From an uncultured bacterium (GTDB taxonomy: Bacteria; Babelota; Babeliae; Babelales; Vermiphilaceae): a stretch of 64,000 bases of DNA. The translations under genes and the position numbers were made by a program. Of the stretch, positions 18,456-28,287 are shown in pieces (position 1 is the first letter of the stretch; the number at the start of each line of letters is the position of its first letter). Under the pieces are notes generated by a model, which had not been told where the DNA came from, searched no databases, and was given only the letters and a program-made list of their open reading frames with translations. The stretch lies in contig CAWIJV010000003.1 in assembly GCA_963836585.1 (NCBI GenBank), positions 432,761 through 496,760 of the forward strand, in the 5' to 3' direction.

Positions 18456-19385
18456 TTACGAAGTCTTTAGCTCCATCATTTTAATATCACTTTTTACCGA
18501 ACTTAATGATATTCGTGCTTCGCCTGAGCCGAGGGTCCCTTCAACCTCTTTTTGCAGCTGTTTCCAGGTGTTGCGATTCAGTTGCGTGGTTTTTTGTTTC
18601 AAGGTAATAAAATGATCGGAGGTCACCGTGCCCTGCTTGGTGAATGCCTGCACATCCGCATTTACTTCCGGTGGAAGATAGGTCGCAATAGTGCCTGAAA
18701 CGGATGAGAGATTAATGATGCTCGTTGAAGGAACTTCTTTGGCATACAGTTTGATGGCGCCATTGGTGGTGCTGGCAATCACGGAGTGGTATGAATCATA
18801 AATAGTAATGTTGCCAGTATTGGTTTGTGCTTTTACCAGGGCATGCGGGCAGGTGAAGGTGATCGCCCCTTTTTCTTGGCTGATCGCATCAACTCTATTG
18901 TGTGCATTGCATACTTCGATGGATCCATGGGTGGTGCTTAGGCAGGTTGGCGTTGCCATATCTTTGGTGCTGATGTTGCCGCGGGTGGTTTTGAGCGACT
19001 GCGTGAGTTTTTGTGGCGCAATGATTTCAAAATCGACCGATTCGTGCTCCTTCAGTTCTTCACCGGCATGTTCTATAAGCAACTCTTGGCCGGTGATAGC
19101 ATGCTTATAGCAAAGCTGAGGCAACCGATCCGGCTCAGGAGATTTTTTGGTGACCTTGAGTGATACCAGGGATTCATGCGAATCAACACTGACGTTCACA
19201 TTCCCGCACTCATTTTTTACCGTGAGCAGACTGGCGCTTTTGGGATTTATTTTTTCATACACCGTCTCTTCATATAATTTAGGGGGAATAATTTTGTGGT
19301 ACAATGTTTTAAATGAAAAATCAGCGAGTGCGCTGGGTGTTACTATCAGACTACTTATTGTTATAAGAGAAAAGATGGTATGCAT
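18456..19385 (-). CDS. secreted DUF4097-like (putative adhesin, beta-helical repeat) protein
   Basis: Signal peptide MHTIFSLITISSLIVTPSALA. Repeated G-x-I/V-x-V motifs (GNISTKD, HGSIEVCNA, GAITFTC, GNITIYD). Start chosen at the internal ATG with RBS ggag. Confidence 0.5.
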   Translation of the reverse strand: MHTIFSLITISSLIVTPSALADFSFKTLYHKIIPPKLYEETVYEKINPKSASLLTVKNECGNVNVSVDSHESLVSLKVTKKSPEPDRLPQLCYKHAITGQELLIEHAGEELKEHESVDFEIIAPQKLTQSLKTTRGNISTKDMATPTCLSTTHGSIEVCNAHNRVDAISQEKGAITFTCPHALVKAQTNTGNITIYDSYHSVIASTTNGAIKLYAKEVPSTSIINLSSVSGTIATYLPPEVNADVQAFTKQGTVTSDHFITLKQKTTQLNRNTWKQLQKEVEGTLGSGEARISLSSVKSDIKMMELKTS

Positions 19386-19415
19386 ACAAAACTCCTTTAC
19401 TATGGTTAATCGTAT

Positions 19416-20822
19416 ATGAAGTGTACAAAAATTGATCCGGTTCGTGAAAGCCTCTTGAAAAAAATTATTGCCGCGCATGCTCCGGCAGCCGATATTGTTG
19501 CTGCGATTGCGCGCGCCGGTGGCCGAGCATTTTTAGTTGGCGGCGCGGTGCGCGATCTGTTGTTGAGTGAAGAAATAAAGGATCTAGACATTGAAGTGCA
19601 TGGCATTTCACTCGAATCATTGCAAGCCATCCTCTCGCAGTTTGGGCCGGTGAGTCTGATCGGCAAAGCATTTGGTGTATTGCGGCTGCATACCATCGAT
19701 GCAGATTGGTCATTACCGCGCACCGATAGTTCCGGCCGCCATCCGCAGGTGGCTATCGATCCGGGCATGAGCATTGCCGATGCATTCAAGCGGCGGGATC
19801 TTACTATCAATGCGATGGGCATCGATTTGACCACTTTTGAGCTGGTTGACCCCTGGGGCGGTTGCCATGATCTGCAGCAGAAAATTTTACGCGCGCCGGA
19901 CGCAAAACTCTTTATAGAAGATCCGCTGCGCCTGTTTCGTGTGATGCAATTTATTGGGCGCTTCGATTTTAAACCGGACGCGCAGCTTAATGAAATTTGC
20001 GCACGCATGAGCCTGGAAGGCATTTCAGTTGAACGCATCGAGGCGGAATTTGATAAGCTGCTGCTCAAATCTGCACGCCCATCCCTTGGATTGCGCTGGC
20101 TCAAAGCCATCGGCAGACTGCAAGAAATTTTCCCTGAGCTGGCAGCAACCGTTGGCGTGGAGCAAGAGCCGGAATGGCACCCGGAAGGCGATGTGTTTGA
20201 ACACACCATGCAAGCACTCGATGCGGGCGTACCATTATCATATGATAGCTCGCAGCAAAAATTGATCGCGCTTTATGCGCTGATTTGCCACGATCTGGGC
20301 AAAGCGGTCACCACCCGCATGATTGATGGCAGGGTGCGCAGCCATGGGCATGAGGTTGACGGCGTGCCGCTGGCCACCGCACTGCTCAAACGCATTACGC
20401 GCCGCGTTGATCTGATTGCCGCGGTTGAAAAGATTGTTCGCCATCATATGGCCCCCGGGCTCCTGCCGGCCAATGGCGCAAAATTATCCGCCTATAAACG
20501 GCTTGCCACCAAATTAGCGCCTGAAGTGAGCATGGAGCTGCTCACCAAAGTTGCGTTTGCCGATAGCCGCGGGCGCAATCCGGTATCGTCACTTCCCTTA
20601 TCAATCGATGTGCCACTCGTTGAACAATTTTTGCGTATGGCACAGGAAGCACACGTGGCCACGCAACCTGAAGCGCCGATCTTGCAAGGGCGTGACTTGC
20701 TGAGCATGATGGCGCCCGGCCCGGCCATGGGTGAGCTGCTCAAAAAAGCATACGATATCCAAATTGATGAAGGGATCAAGGATAAGCAGGAACTGATTAG
20801 AAGAGTTATGGGAAAAATTTGA
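19416..20822 (+). CDS. cca: CCA-adding tRNA nucleotidyltransferase with HD domain
   Basis: GGAVRD head motif and a C-terminal HD region (HDLGK). Confidence 0.8.
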   Translation: MKCTKIDPVRESLLKKIIAAHAPAADIVAAIARAGGRAFLVGGAVRDLLLSEEIKDLDIEVHGISLESLQAILSQFGPVSLIGKAFGVLRLHTIDADWSLPRTDSSGRHPQVAIDPGMSIADAFKRRDLTINAMGIDLTTFELVDPWGGCHDLQQKILRAPDAKLFIEDPLRLFRVMQFIGRFDFKPDAQLNEICARMSLEGISVERIEAEFDKLLLKSARPSLGLRWLKAIGRLQEIFPELAATVGVEQEPEWHPEGDVFEHTMQALDAGVPLSYDSSQQKLIALYALICHDLGKAVTTRMIDGRVRSHGHEVDGVPLATALLKRITRRVDLIAAVEKIVRHHMAPGLLPANGAKLSAYKRLATKLAPEVSMELLTKVAFADSRGRNPVSSLPLSIDVPLVEQFLRMAQEAHVATQPEAPILQGRDLLSMMAPGPAMGELLKKAYDIQIDEGIKDKQELIRRVMGKI

Positions 20823-20889
20823 CAGGCATTCCAGAAAATTGCTAGTGTGAGGGAGTATTTTCTAACCATCTAAAAAAGGATGAGTGGCC

Positions 20890-23800
20890 ATGAAGACCCT
20901 CCGAAGTATCAAAAAAGCCTATAGTTGTTCTCTCTCTCTCTCTCTCTCTCTCTCATTTCTCCTTTATGGTAATTTCCTAAATGCATCTTGCCCGGCCAAC
21001 TCAGCACAATTTTGTAACGTATGCGTGAATGGCATTATCATTGCCAATACGGGCATTTTTAACAATTTAACGGTAACCGGTGCCAGCATATTTGAAGGTC
21101 CGGTGACAATTACTAACACCACCGAAAGTTTCGCGTGTGATGAGGGCGCACTCGTAGTTCACGGTGGTGTTGGCATTATGGGCAATCTGAATGTCTGCGG
21201 TGCGATCACCGCAACGGGCGGCATCAGTTTCACGGGGCCGCTCATAATCTTGGATCCGACGCAAAGCCTCAATTGCTCCGGCGGTGCACTCGCGGTGCCT
21301 AATGGCGGTGTGGGCATCGGTGGCAACTTAAATGTCTGCGGCACTGGAACTTTTGGAAGTCCGGTGATCATCACTTCTACGGCAACCGGATCTTCATGCT
21401 CCGAAGGTGCGCTTGTGGTTTTCGGTGATGTGGGCGTTGAGGGGAGTATCAATGTTTGCGGTGCGGTGACTGCTGGCGGTGCCAGAAGTGTGTCGCTCTT
21501 AAATAATGAACTGAGATCTGTTCCCTGCACTGGTACACGAATAGCATTACCACTTGAAGTATTGGGCAGTGCTGGAATTTTGGATAATTTGTACGTGTGT
21601 GGAAATCAAGAAATGGGTGGTACCATGAGTATCGGCAGCTCTATCAATAGCACTTCATGTGGTAATGGCGCACTCACCGTGAGTGGCGGTGTGGGTATCG
21701 GTGGCAACTTGAATGTTTGCGGCACTGGAACTTTTGGCAATGTAAATTTCACCGGCGGTAATGTAACCTTCAACAATTTTACGGTGAATGGAACGGGCAC
21801 CATGAATAATCTAGTGGTGAATAATAATGCCACGATTAATAATTTGACGGTGACGGGAAGCATTCAACTGAATAATGTCACGGTAAATAATCTCACTGGA
21901 AATAATGGTGCATTCTCAAATCTTACGGTGACCGGTAGCAGCACTCTTAATACTGAAACGGTAAATGTGATCACGGGTGGCACTGGAAGTTTTAATAATC
22001 TGACTGCTAATAATTTTACGGTGAACAATTTGACCGTTACAGGACCAATAAGCATCAGTAATACTACGCAAAGCACCACCTGCACCAATGGTGCGCTTAC
22101 AGTAAGTGGTGGTGTGGGAGTTGGTGGTAATGTGAATGTGTGTGGTAACACCATGGTGACCAATTTAACGGGCGCTAATGCTTCATTCGCAAATCTTACC
22201 GTGACCGGTAACAGCACACTTAATACTGAAACGGTGAATGTACTCACTGGTGGTACTGGCAGCTTTAATAACTTGAGTGCGAACACTTTCACCGTGAATA
22301 ATCTTACCGTGACAGGGCCAGTAAGTATCAGCAACACTACGCAAAGTACTACCTGCGCAAATGGCGCCCTCATTGTTTCTGGCGGTGTTGGTATCGGTGG
22401 CAATTTAAATGTGTGCGGTAATATTACCGGTTCAAATTTCAACACAACTGGCGCAAGTAATGCCGCAGCATGTAATCTCTCAGTGGGCGATAATACCAAT
22501 AACGTATTTAATGGTAGTACGGGAGTCACGGCGCTTGGTGAAAATGCATTGCAAAATAATATTGGATCGTATAACACAGCGGTGGGATGTAGTGCGCTCA
22601 ATAATAATACTGCCACTATCAGTAATGTGGCAATCGGCTATTTTGCGATGAGCAGTGCGAGTGGAAGTAATAATATTGCCATCGGTAGATCTGCGATGGC
22701 GAATGCGACAGGGGGTAATAATATTGCAATCGGTTCTTTCTGCATGGAAAATGCTACTGGAGCAAATCAGAATGTCGTAATAGGAAGCTCTTCATTGGTA
22801 ATTGGTGCTAATAGTAATTCTAATGTTAGTATTGGGCACGAAACGATGCAAAATGTTACTGGTATGCAACAGAATGTGGCTATTGGTAGCTTTACCATGA
22901 GAAATGCTTCTGGTTCTACGCTCAATGTTGCTATTGGTTACGAATCAATGATGAATGCTAATAACTCAATTGAAAATACAGCTGTTGGTTATTTAACATT
23001 AGAAAATGGCGGGAATAGCAATATGAATGTTGCGATTGGATATGAGTGTATGGAAAATAGCACAGGAAGTTCTACGAATATTGCAGTTGGTGCTTCTGCA
23101 ATGGGGAATGCTTCAAGTGTAAGCACAAATATAGCAATAGGTCAAAGCGCAATGCAAAATGCTATAAATGCTACAAATAATATCGCAATTGGCCAATTTG
23201 CGTTGCGCCAGAGTGCTGGAGCTAATCAAAATGTTGCCATAGGCAATTCTGCACTTTTAAATAATACTGGCTCTAATAATGTTGCTGTAGGTCCAAATGC
23301 TCTCGCTGACAACAGAACAGGCTCTACTAACATTGCCATTGGTAATAATGCTAGCATAAATTTTACCGGCGGCGAAAGCAATAACATTGATATTGGTAAT
23401 CAGGGTGCCCTCGGCGATCAAAATATTATTCGCATTGGCACGCAGGGTTCAGGATCCGGTCAGCAAAATACCTGTTTTATTGCGGGCATTTTTGGTGTAA
23501 CCGGTAATAATACCGGATCAGCGCTTCCGGTATATGTGAGTACTAATGGCCAATTAGGCACCGTGCCATCATCGCTTCGCTACAAAAAAGATATTGCCGA
23601 TATGCATTCACAACAAGAAAAAATGCTCAAACTACGCCCGGTGACATTCAGTTACAAAGGTGATGCGAGCAACAGTAAACAATATGGATTGATCGCTGAA
23701 GAGGTGAATGAGATTTACCCGGAAATTGTGGTGCGGGATGAAGCAGGCGAGATCTATTCAGTGAACTACATGGCGCTGATTCCGTTGCTGCTTAAACAAA

Positions 23801-23922
23801 TTCAGGAAATGGAAGCTGCCATGGCGGTGCAAGTAGGCGCTCAGCAGCAGCAGTTGCAACAGCATACGGTGGAGATCACTGCGCTTCGACAGTTGATGGC
23901 CCAACTGATAGCTCTGAAGTAA
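20890..23922 (+). CDS. large repetitive fibre/adhesin-like protein: Cys-containing GGVGIGGNLNVCG repeats, NxT-rich beta-helix-like repeats, NIAIGxxAM repeats, C-terminal intramolecular-chaperone (peptidase S74-like, tail-fibre type) domain
   Basis: Internal repeats are directly visible. The C-terminal region NTCFIAGIFGV...YGLIAEEV...YSVNYMALIPLL is characteristic of the auto-cleaving chaperone domain of phage tail spikes/fibres. Confidence 0.75.
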   Translation: MKTLRSIKKAYSCSLSLSLSLSFLLYGNFLNASCPANSAQFCNVCVNGIIIANTGIFNNLTVTGASIFEGPVTITNTTESFACDEGALVVHGGVGIMGNLNVCGAITATGGISFTGPLIILDPTQSLNCSGGALAVPNGGVGIGGNLNVCGTGTFGSPVIITSTATGSSCSEGALVVFGDVGVEGSINVCGAVTAGGARSVSLLNNELRSVPCTGTRIALPLEVLGSAGILDNLYVCGNQEMGGTMSIGSSINSTSCGNGALTVSGGVGIGGNLNVCGTGTFGNVNFTGGNVTFNNFTVNGTGTMNNLVVNNNATINNLTVTGSIQLNNVTVNNLTGNNGAFSNLTVTGSSTLNTETVNVITGGTGSFNNLTANNFTVNNLTVTGPISISNTTQSTTCTNGALTVSGGVGVGGNVNVCGNTMVTNLTGANASFANLTVTGNSTLNTETVNVLTGGTGSFNNLSANTFTVNNLTVTGPVSISNTTQSTTCANGALIVSGGVGIGGNLNVCGNITGSNFNTTGASNAAACNLSVGDNTNNVFNGSTGVTALGENALQNNIGSYNTAVGCSALNNNTATISNVAIGYFAMSSASGSNNIAIGRSAMANATGGNNIAIGSFCMENATGANQNVVIGSSSLVIGANSNSNVSIGHETMQNVTGMQQNVAIGSFTMRNASGSTLNVAIGYESMMNANNSIENTAVGYLTLENGGNSNMNVAIGYECMENSTGSSTNIAVGASAMGNASSVSTNIAIGQSAMQNAINATNNIAIGQFALRQSAGANQNVAIGNSALLNNTGSNNVAVGPNALADNRTGSTNIAIGNNASINFTGGESNNIDIGNQGALGDQNIIRIGTQGSGSGQQNTCFIAGIFGVTGNNTGSALPVYVSTNGQLGTVPSSLRYKKDIADMHSQQEKMLKLRPVTFSYKGDASNSKQYGLIAEEVNEIYPEIVVRDEAGEIYSVNYMALIPLLLKQIQEMEAAMAVQVGAQQQQLQQHTVEITALRQLMAQLIALK
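20929..20954 (+). repeat. (TC)13 dinucleotide microsatellite inside 5' coding region of the fibre gene
   Basis: tctctctctctctctctctctctctc encodes SLSLSLSLS. Confidence 0.95.
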
Positions 23923-23974
23923 AAGGTTTATTTTTTTTTAATGGCTTCCAGCCTGGTACTAAGAATTATTTTTT

Positions 23975-24632
23975 ATATAGGGGCTTCCCAGCCCCTTGCC
24001 CCGGGGCCAAAGGGGGTTATTTTTTGTTCGGCCTCCGGCCATGGGCAAGAGTGTGCTCGCCCACACTCTTGCATCTCGGGCGTTTAAGGGTGGCTTTGCC
24101 CCCTTAAAAAACCCCCTTTCTTTCGCCGCTCATCCTCACACGCCTTGCAGCTGCGCTGCATCGGCGGTTCACAGCGGCTATAGGAAGCAAAAAAGAAAAA
24201 AATATAGCCGCCCCAACTCAGGGGCTCATCGCCCCTCGAAGGGGCGCTTCATCCCCATGTCGGTGGGGCTTCACGGACTTTTGCATTATTGAAAAGATAT
24301 TTTTCGAGCGGCTCTGTCTTTGTAAAAAAACCTAATCATGTACAAAAACAAATGGAAGCGGGGGTAACGTGACCCGCTGTAAAAAAGTCCACAAGTAATG
24401 GTTGTATAAAGCGTTAAATTCTTATGTAGGTCGCACCGAGCTCATCCGAGCAATTGTTTTTGATTGCTCGGGGAGCGGAAGGATGGCCGTGTTCGCCGCC
24501 CACGGCGATAAATGGCCAGCCGGGTTCGGCCGTAAAAGGGGTCACGGGTACTCCCGTGTGCAGGGGTTGCAAGGGTTTTGCACCAAACCCTTGCCGCGGG
24601 TTAGGGGCGCGGAGCCCCTTTTTTAAAAAAAA
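23975..24632. other. GC-rich, hairpin-dense intergenic island (two blocks ~23975-24300 and ~24355-24632). Candidate structured ncRNA(s) or composite repeat
   Basis: Many perfect stems, e.g. gcaagagtgtg-ctcgcc-cacactcttgc, ggggct-tccc-agcccc, ggggc..gcccc pairs, gcaagggttttgcaccaaacccttgc. The ORFs in the track here are low-complexity artefacts. Confidence 0.5.
24604..24624 (+). terminator. canonical intrinsic terminator at end of the GC-rich island
   Basis: ggggc-gcgga-gcccc followed by TTTTTT. Confidence 0.65.
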
Positions 24633-24638
24633 TAGTTA

Positions 24639-24660
24639 TAATGGTATATTGTTACCATTA
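24639..24660. promoter_or_regulatory. perfect 8-bp inverted repeat (TAATGGTA-N6-TACCATTA) upstream of the FKBP gene, candidate operator
   Basis: taatggtatattgttaccatta located ~35 bp upstream of the ATG at 24695. Confidence 0.35.
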
Positions 24661-24694
24661 GTTTATATATTTCACATGTATAAGGAGAACTACG

Positions 24695-25186
24695 ATGAAA
24701 ATGTTAGGAATGCCACTGTTAATTTGCTTATTATTAAGTGCAATTACTATTGGTGTGGCCTCTTGCGACCAGTCTAAAAAACAAACAACAGGAACAACGA
24801 TGAAAAGAGAAACATTACCGTCAAAACTACAGTATGAGATTACCGAATCAGCGCCGGAAGGAGCAAAGCAGCCTCAAAAAGGGGATATTGTGATTGTTCA
24901 TTACACCGGATGGCTGGCTGATAAAAATGGTGAGCCGATGCTCGATAAAAAATTTGATAGCAGCCGTGATCGGGGCACGCCGTTCCAATTTGTAATCGGT
25001 AGAGGGCAAGTGATCAAAGGATGGGATGAAGGGGTGATGCTCATGAAGGTGGGCGAAAAACGCCGCTTGATTATTCCGGCGGAATTAGGCTACGGCGCCT
25101 ATGGTGCCGGCGCTAAAATTCCACCACATGCGACGCTTGTTTTTGATGTTGAACTGTTGGATGTGCGGCCCTGTCACGTGAAATAA
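24695..25186 (+). CDS. FKBP-type peptidyl-prolyl cis-trans isomerase (Mip-like, lipoprotein signal)
   Basis: Signal/lipobox VASC. FKBP domain motifs [33 protein letters not shown]. Confidence 0.8.
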   Translation: MKMLGMPLLICLLLSAITIGVASCDQSKKQTTGTTMKRETLPSKLQYEITESAPEGAKQPQKGDIVIVHYTGWLADKNGEPMLDKKFDSSRDRGTPFQFVIGRGQVIKGWDEGVMLMKVGEKRRLIIPAELGYGAYGAGAKIPPHATLVFDVELLDVRPCHVK

Positions 25187-25204
25187 CGATAAGGAGATTT
25201 TTCT

Positions 25205-25411
25205 ATGCAAGCAATAGAGTTTGTTGGCGAAGTTGAAGATGGTGCTATCAAAATACCTCACCGGTATTTGCAAAAAGTAAAAGAAGAATGTCGGGTGATT
25301 ATCTTAGTTGAGGAAGCAGCACCTCAAAAGATAGAAAAACGGGAGTTAACGGCCATGCGAATTCGTACCAAAGGCTTTAAATTTAATCGTGATGTTGTGT
25401 CAAATAAGTAA
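25205..25411 (+). CDS. small hypothetical protein (68 aa) with strong RBS
   Basis: aaggagat RBS 8 nt upstream of the ATG. No recognisable motif. Confidence 0.35.
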   Translation: MQAIEFVGEVEDGAIKIPHRYLQKVKEECRVIILVEEAAPQKIEKRELTAMRIRTKGFKFNRDVVSNK

Positions 25412-26749
25412 GTTAGCTGCATGCAGAAGCTCGGAATTATTCGCGCTAATAACTTTTGCGATCGCATACAACGGATAGGAATGGAGCTTCTCAAATAATG
25501 AATAATTATTGGTAGAGAAACGAATCCCATAAGGAGATTGTGTATGGCTCTCGAGAAAAAGATGCATACTTTTGAGCGCTCTCCCACTCCCGCCTTTCAC
25601 TTCAACAGGAATAATTGAATTTTTTTGTTGAATCACATAATCGATCTCAGCCTGGCTCGTGGGAGATTCTCGATGCCAATAAAAAAGTTCAGCCGTAATA
25701 AAAGGATCGGCATATGCAAGCATTTCTTGCCCCACAAATGCTTCCACAATGGCCCCCTTATTAATGAGTGTAGCGCGTGGATTAAGAAACCAATCCGGAA
25801 GATTAAGGGATAACACAGTTTGTGTTAACCCAATATCAAGAAATATCAGTTTAAAATCCTGTGGATTAACCTGCGCGCCAAAAGGGAAACCTTGGCTTGC
25901 AGAATAATGTACTTTATGCACGAGTCCTGCCGTTTCTAAAAGATCGAGCGCCGGCGCAAGTTCACGCTTACGATATCCACCTTCGACATCACTATATTTA
26001 AATTTTTGACTCAATTGGCGCGGCACTTCCTTAAAAAGAAGTTCTAAATATTTAATTTGATGCTGTTTTGCATACTTTACAAAATCATGCCGATAGGTAC
26101 CCAAAATTGATGAATTAATGCGTTGGCACACGCGAGGATCTTTATTCTTTTGCCAATTTTCTACCGCTGCCGGCATTCCCCCAATCACCTGATAATGCGC
26201 AACATATTCTAATATCTTTTCATGAATCACCGAGGTGAGCTCATGATCAAGGGTATGAATCATAATCTCTTTGATTACTTGACGTTCATCAAGCGCCGCT
26301 AAAAACTCAATAAATGATAAGGGATACATATGCATGAGCTGGACGCGCCCAACCGGTATTCCTACTTGAGCGATCGCAAAATCTAACAAAGAGCCTGCTG
26401 CGATAACGTGTAATTCGGGCACTTTTTCATAAAAATAACGAAGCGCAATAACCGCCTGCGGTACCAGTTGAATTTCATCAATAAATAATAATGTTTTTCC
26501 GGGAATGATATCCTGGCTTGTGAACAGCGAAATATCACGTATGATTCTTTCAATAACCAGATCTTTTTCAAAGATTTCTCTTGCCCGAGGATTTTCTTCC
26601 AGATTGATTTCTATAAAATGCTCAAAGGTTTTACCCAGCTTGCGCACCGAATAGGTCTTGCCAACTTGGCGAGCCCCTCGCAATAACAGTGGCTTACGAA
26701 TAGGATCATGCTTCCATAATGAAAAATAGTGGTCCGCAAGGCGTTTCAT
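25400..26749 (-). CDS. AAA-family ATPase of the AAA_14/DUF4143 type (orphan ATP-binding protein)
   Basis: Walker A GARQVGKT, Walker B LLFIDEIQ, DUF4143-like C-terminal region. Confidence 0.7.
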   Translation of the reverse strand: MKRLADHYFSLWKHDPIRKPLLLRGARQVGKTYSVRKLGKTFEHFIEINLEENPRAREIFEKDLVIERIIRDISLFTSQDIIPGKTLLFIDEIQLVPQAVIALRYFYEKVPELHVIAAGSLLDFAIAQVGIPVGRVQLMHMYPLSFIEFLAALDERQVIKEIMIHTLDHELTSVIHEKILEYVAHYQVIGGMPAAVENWQKNKDPRVCQRINSSILGTYRHDFVKYAKQHQIKYLELLFKEVPRQLSQKFKYSDVEGGYRKRELAPALDLLETAGLVHKVHYSASQGFPFGAQVNPQDFKLIFLDIGLTQTVLSLNLPDWFLNPRATLINKGAIVEAFVGQEMLAYADPFITAELFYWHRESPTSQAEIDYVIQQKNSIIPVEVKGGSGRALKSMHLFLESHTQSPYGIRFSTNNYSLFEKLHSYPLYAIAKVISANNSELLHAANLLI

Positions 26750-26898
26750 GGGGCTCCATGGTTAAAAATCCAACCAGTTTTTGCAACTTCATGGTCGAAA
26801 TTACCATATCAAACTAGCATTCCATGGTCGAAAATTCAACATATCACCATTTTAGGGCATTTGACGCATGCAATTGGCCCTGATAGGATTTCAAGACT

Positions 26899-28287
26899 AT
26901 GCAAGCAAACATTTTCAAAGAATATGATATCCGTGGCATTGTGGGCACCGAGTTGATCATCGATCAGACGTATGATCTCACGCGCGCAATTCTTGCCTAT
27001 GCGGCCGGCCAAGGTGCGCGTATACAGCATGTGGTGGTGGGCATGGATGGGCGGCTCAGCTCACCGCTCATTAAAGATCGCATGATTGCTGCCTTGGTGG
27101 ATGCGGGGATCAGCGTAACTTTTATCGGTATCTGCCCGTCACCGGTTTTGTACTTTGCATTGCATCGGTTGCCGGTGGATATGGGGCTGATGATCACCGC
27201 GTCTCATAATCCCAAAGAATATAATGGTATAAAGATTTGCCTGGGCACTTCCTGCGTGTGGGGCAAGCAGATTCAAGAGATCAGGCGACTATATTTTGCA
27301 AAAGAGTTTCTGCAAAATTCTCATACTTCCGACAAAGGCGGAAGTATAATTGAATATCCTATTTTAGATGAATATATTGCCTGGATGGTGAACCATTTTG
27401 CTCAGTTAAAAAATCTGAAAATTCCTTTTATTATCGATTGCGGCAGTGGCGCAGGAGCAGCCGTGATTCCGCGTTTGGTGCAGGCGATGGGATGGCAGCA
27501 GGTGCGATTGCAATGCTGTGAAATTGATGGCAACTATCCGCATCATGAGGCTGATCCGACGGTTGAAAAAAATGTGCAGGATGTAAAAGCATTGCTGGCC
27601 ACCACCGATGCGCAGTTTGGCATCGGCTTTGATGGTGATGCCGATCGCATGGGAGCGATCAGCAAAAAGGGAGTAATAATTCCCGGCGATCAACTGCTGG
27701 CGATCTTTGCGCGTGAAATTTTAGCCGAGCATCCGGGAGCGGCGATCGTTTTTGATGTGAAAGCATCGCAAGGATTGGTGGAGCTCATCACTAGCTGGGG
27801 CGGTAAACCGATCATGAGCCCGTGCGGCCATGCGATTGTAAAAGAGCAGATGGTGGCGCATCAGGCACTCTTGGGTGGTGAATTGAGCTGCCATTTTATG
27901 TTTGTGGATGATTATTTTGGTTTTGATGATGCGATTTACGCCATGATGCGCTTGCTAAAAATTATCTATACCACCGGCAAATCTTTGGAAGAACTGGTGG
28001 CGGTGTTTCCGAGCCGATTTACCGGGCCCGATTTGAGAATCCCTTGCGATGAGCATCGCAAAAAAGAGATAATCAATCAGGTACGGCAACAATTGCAAAA
28101 GATGAGCGAGGCACAGTTGACCACCCTTGATGGGGTGCGATTCACGCTCCCGTATGGCTGGGGCATCGTGCGTGCCTCAAATACGCAGCCGATGATTAAT
28201 ATGCGTTTTGAATCAGAAACTCAAGAAGGATTGGCAAAGATCACTAAGATGGTGTTTGCTATGGCAAGAATTCCATGCGACCAGTAG
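26899..28287 (+). CDS. phosphohexomutase (phosphoglucosamine/phosphomannomutase family)
   Basis: Active-site loop TASHNPKEYNGIK, metal-binding FDGDADR. Confidence 0.8.
   Translation: MQANIFKEYDIRGIVGTELIIDQTYDLTRAILAYAAGQGARIQHVVVGMDGRLSSPLIKDRMIAALVDAGISVTFIGICPSPVLYFALHRLPVDMGLMITASHNPKEYNGIKICLGTSCVWGKQIQEIRRLYFAKEFLQNSHTSDKGGSIIEYPILDEYIAWMVNHFAQLKNLKIPFIIDCGSGAGAAVIPRLVQAMGWQQVRLQCCEIDGNYPHHEADPTVEKNVQDVKALLATTDAQFGIGFDGDADRMGAISKKGVIIPGDQLLAIFAREILAEHPGAAIVFDVKASQGLVELITSWGGKPIMSPCGHAIVKEQMVAHQALLGGELSCHFMFVDDYFGFDDAIYAMMRLLKIIYTTGKSLEELVAVFPSRFTGPDLRIPCDEHRKKEIINQVRQQLQKMSEAQLTTLDGVRFTLPYGWGIVRASNTQPMINMRFESETQEGLAKITKMVFAMARIPCDQ

Noticed and set aside
21780-22400. Possible CRISPR-like periodic repeats
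   Set aside because: Periodicity is from in-frame protein repeats (NNLTVTG etc.) inside a continuous ORF, not short identical direct repeats with unique spacers. No cas genes.
21067-22651. Multiple ORFs antisense to or out of frame with the large fibre gene (21159-21530, 21606-21863, 21864-22616, 22409-22651)
   Set aside because: Low-complexity translations of the repetitive coding sequence. The + strand 1000-aa frame with recognisable C-terminal domain is the real gene.
23975-24632. Tried to interpret the GC-rich island as RNase P RNA or tmRNA
   Set aside because: Isolated matches (AAGUCCG, GAACCCGGCU) occur in the wrong order and strand relative to the CR-I/CR-V and P4 arrangement. There is no tRNA-like 3' end or tag reading frame for tmRNA. 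Left as unassigned structured RNA candidate.
23996-24777. ORFs 23996-24292, 24402-24626, 24454-24777 within the GC-rich intergenic island
   Set aside because: Gly/Pro/Arg-rich low-complexity translations of GC-rich hairpin sequence. No RBS. One overlaps the FKBP start out of frame.
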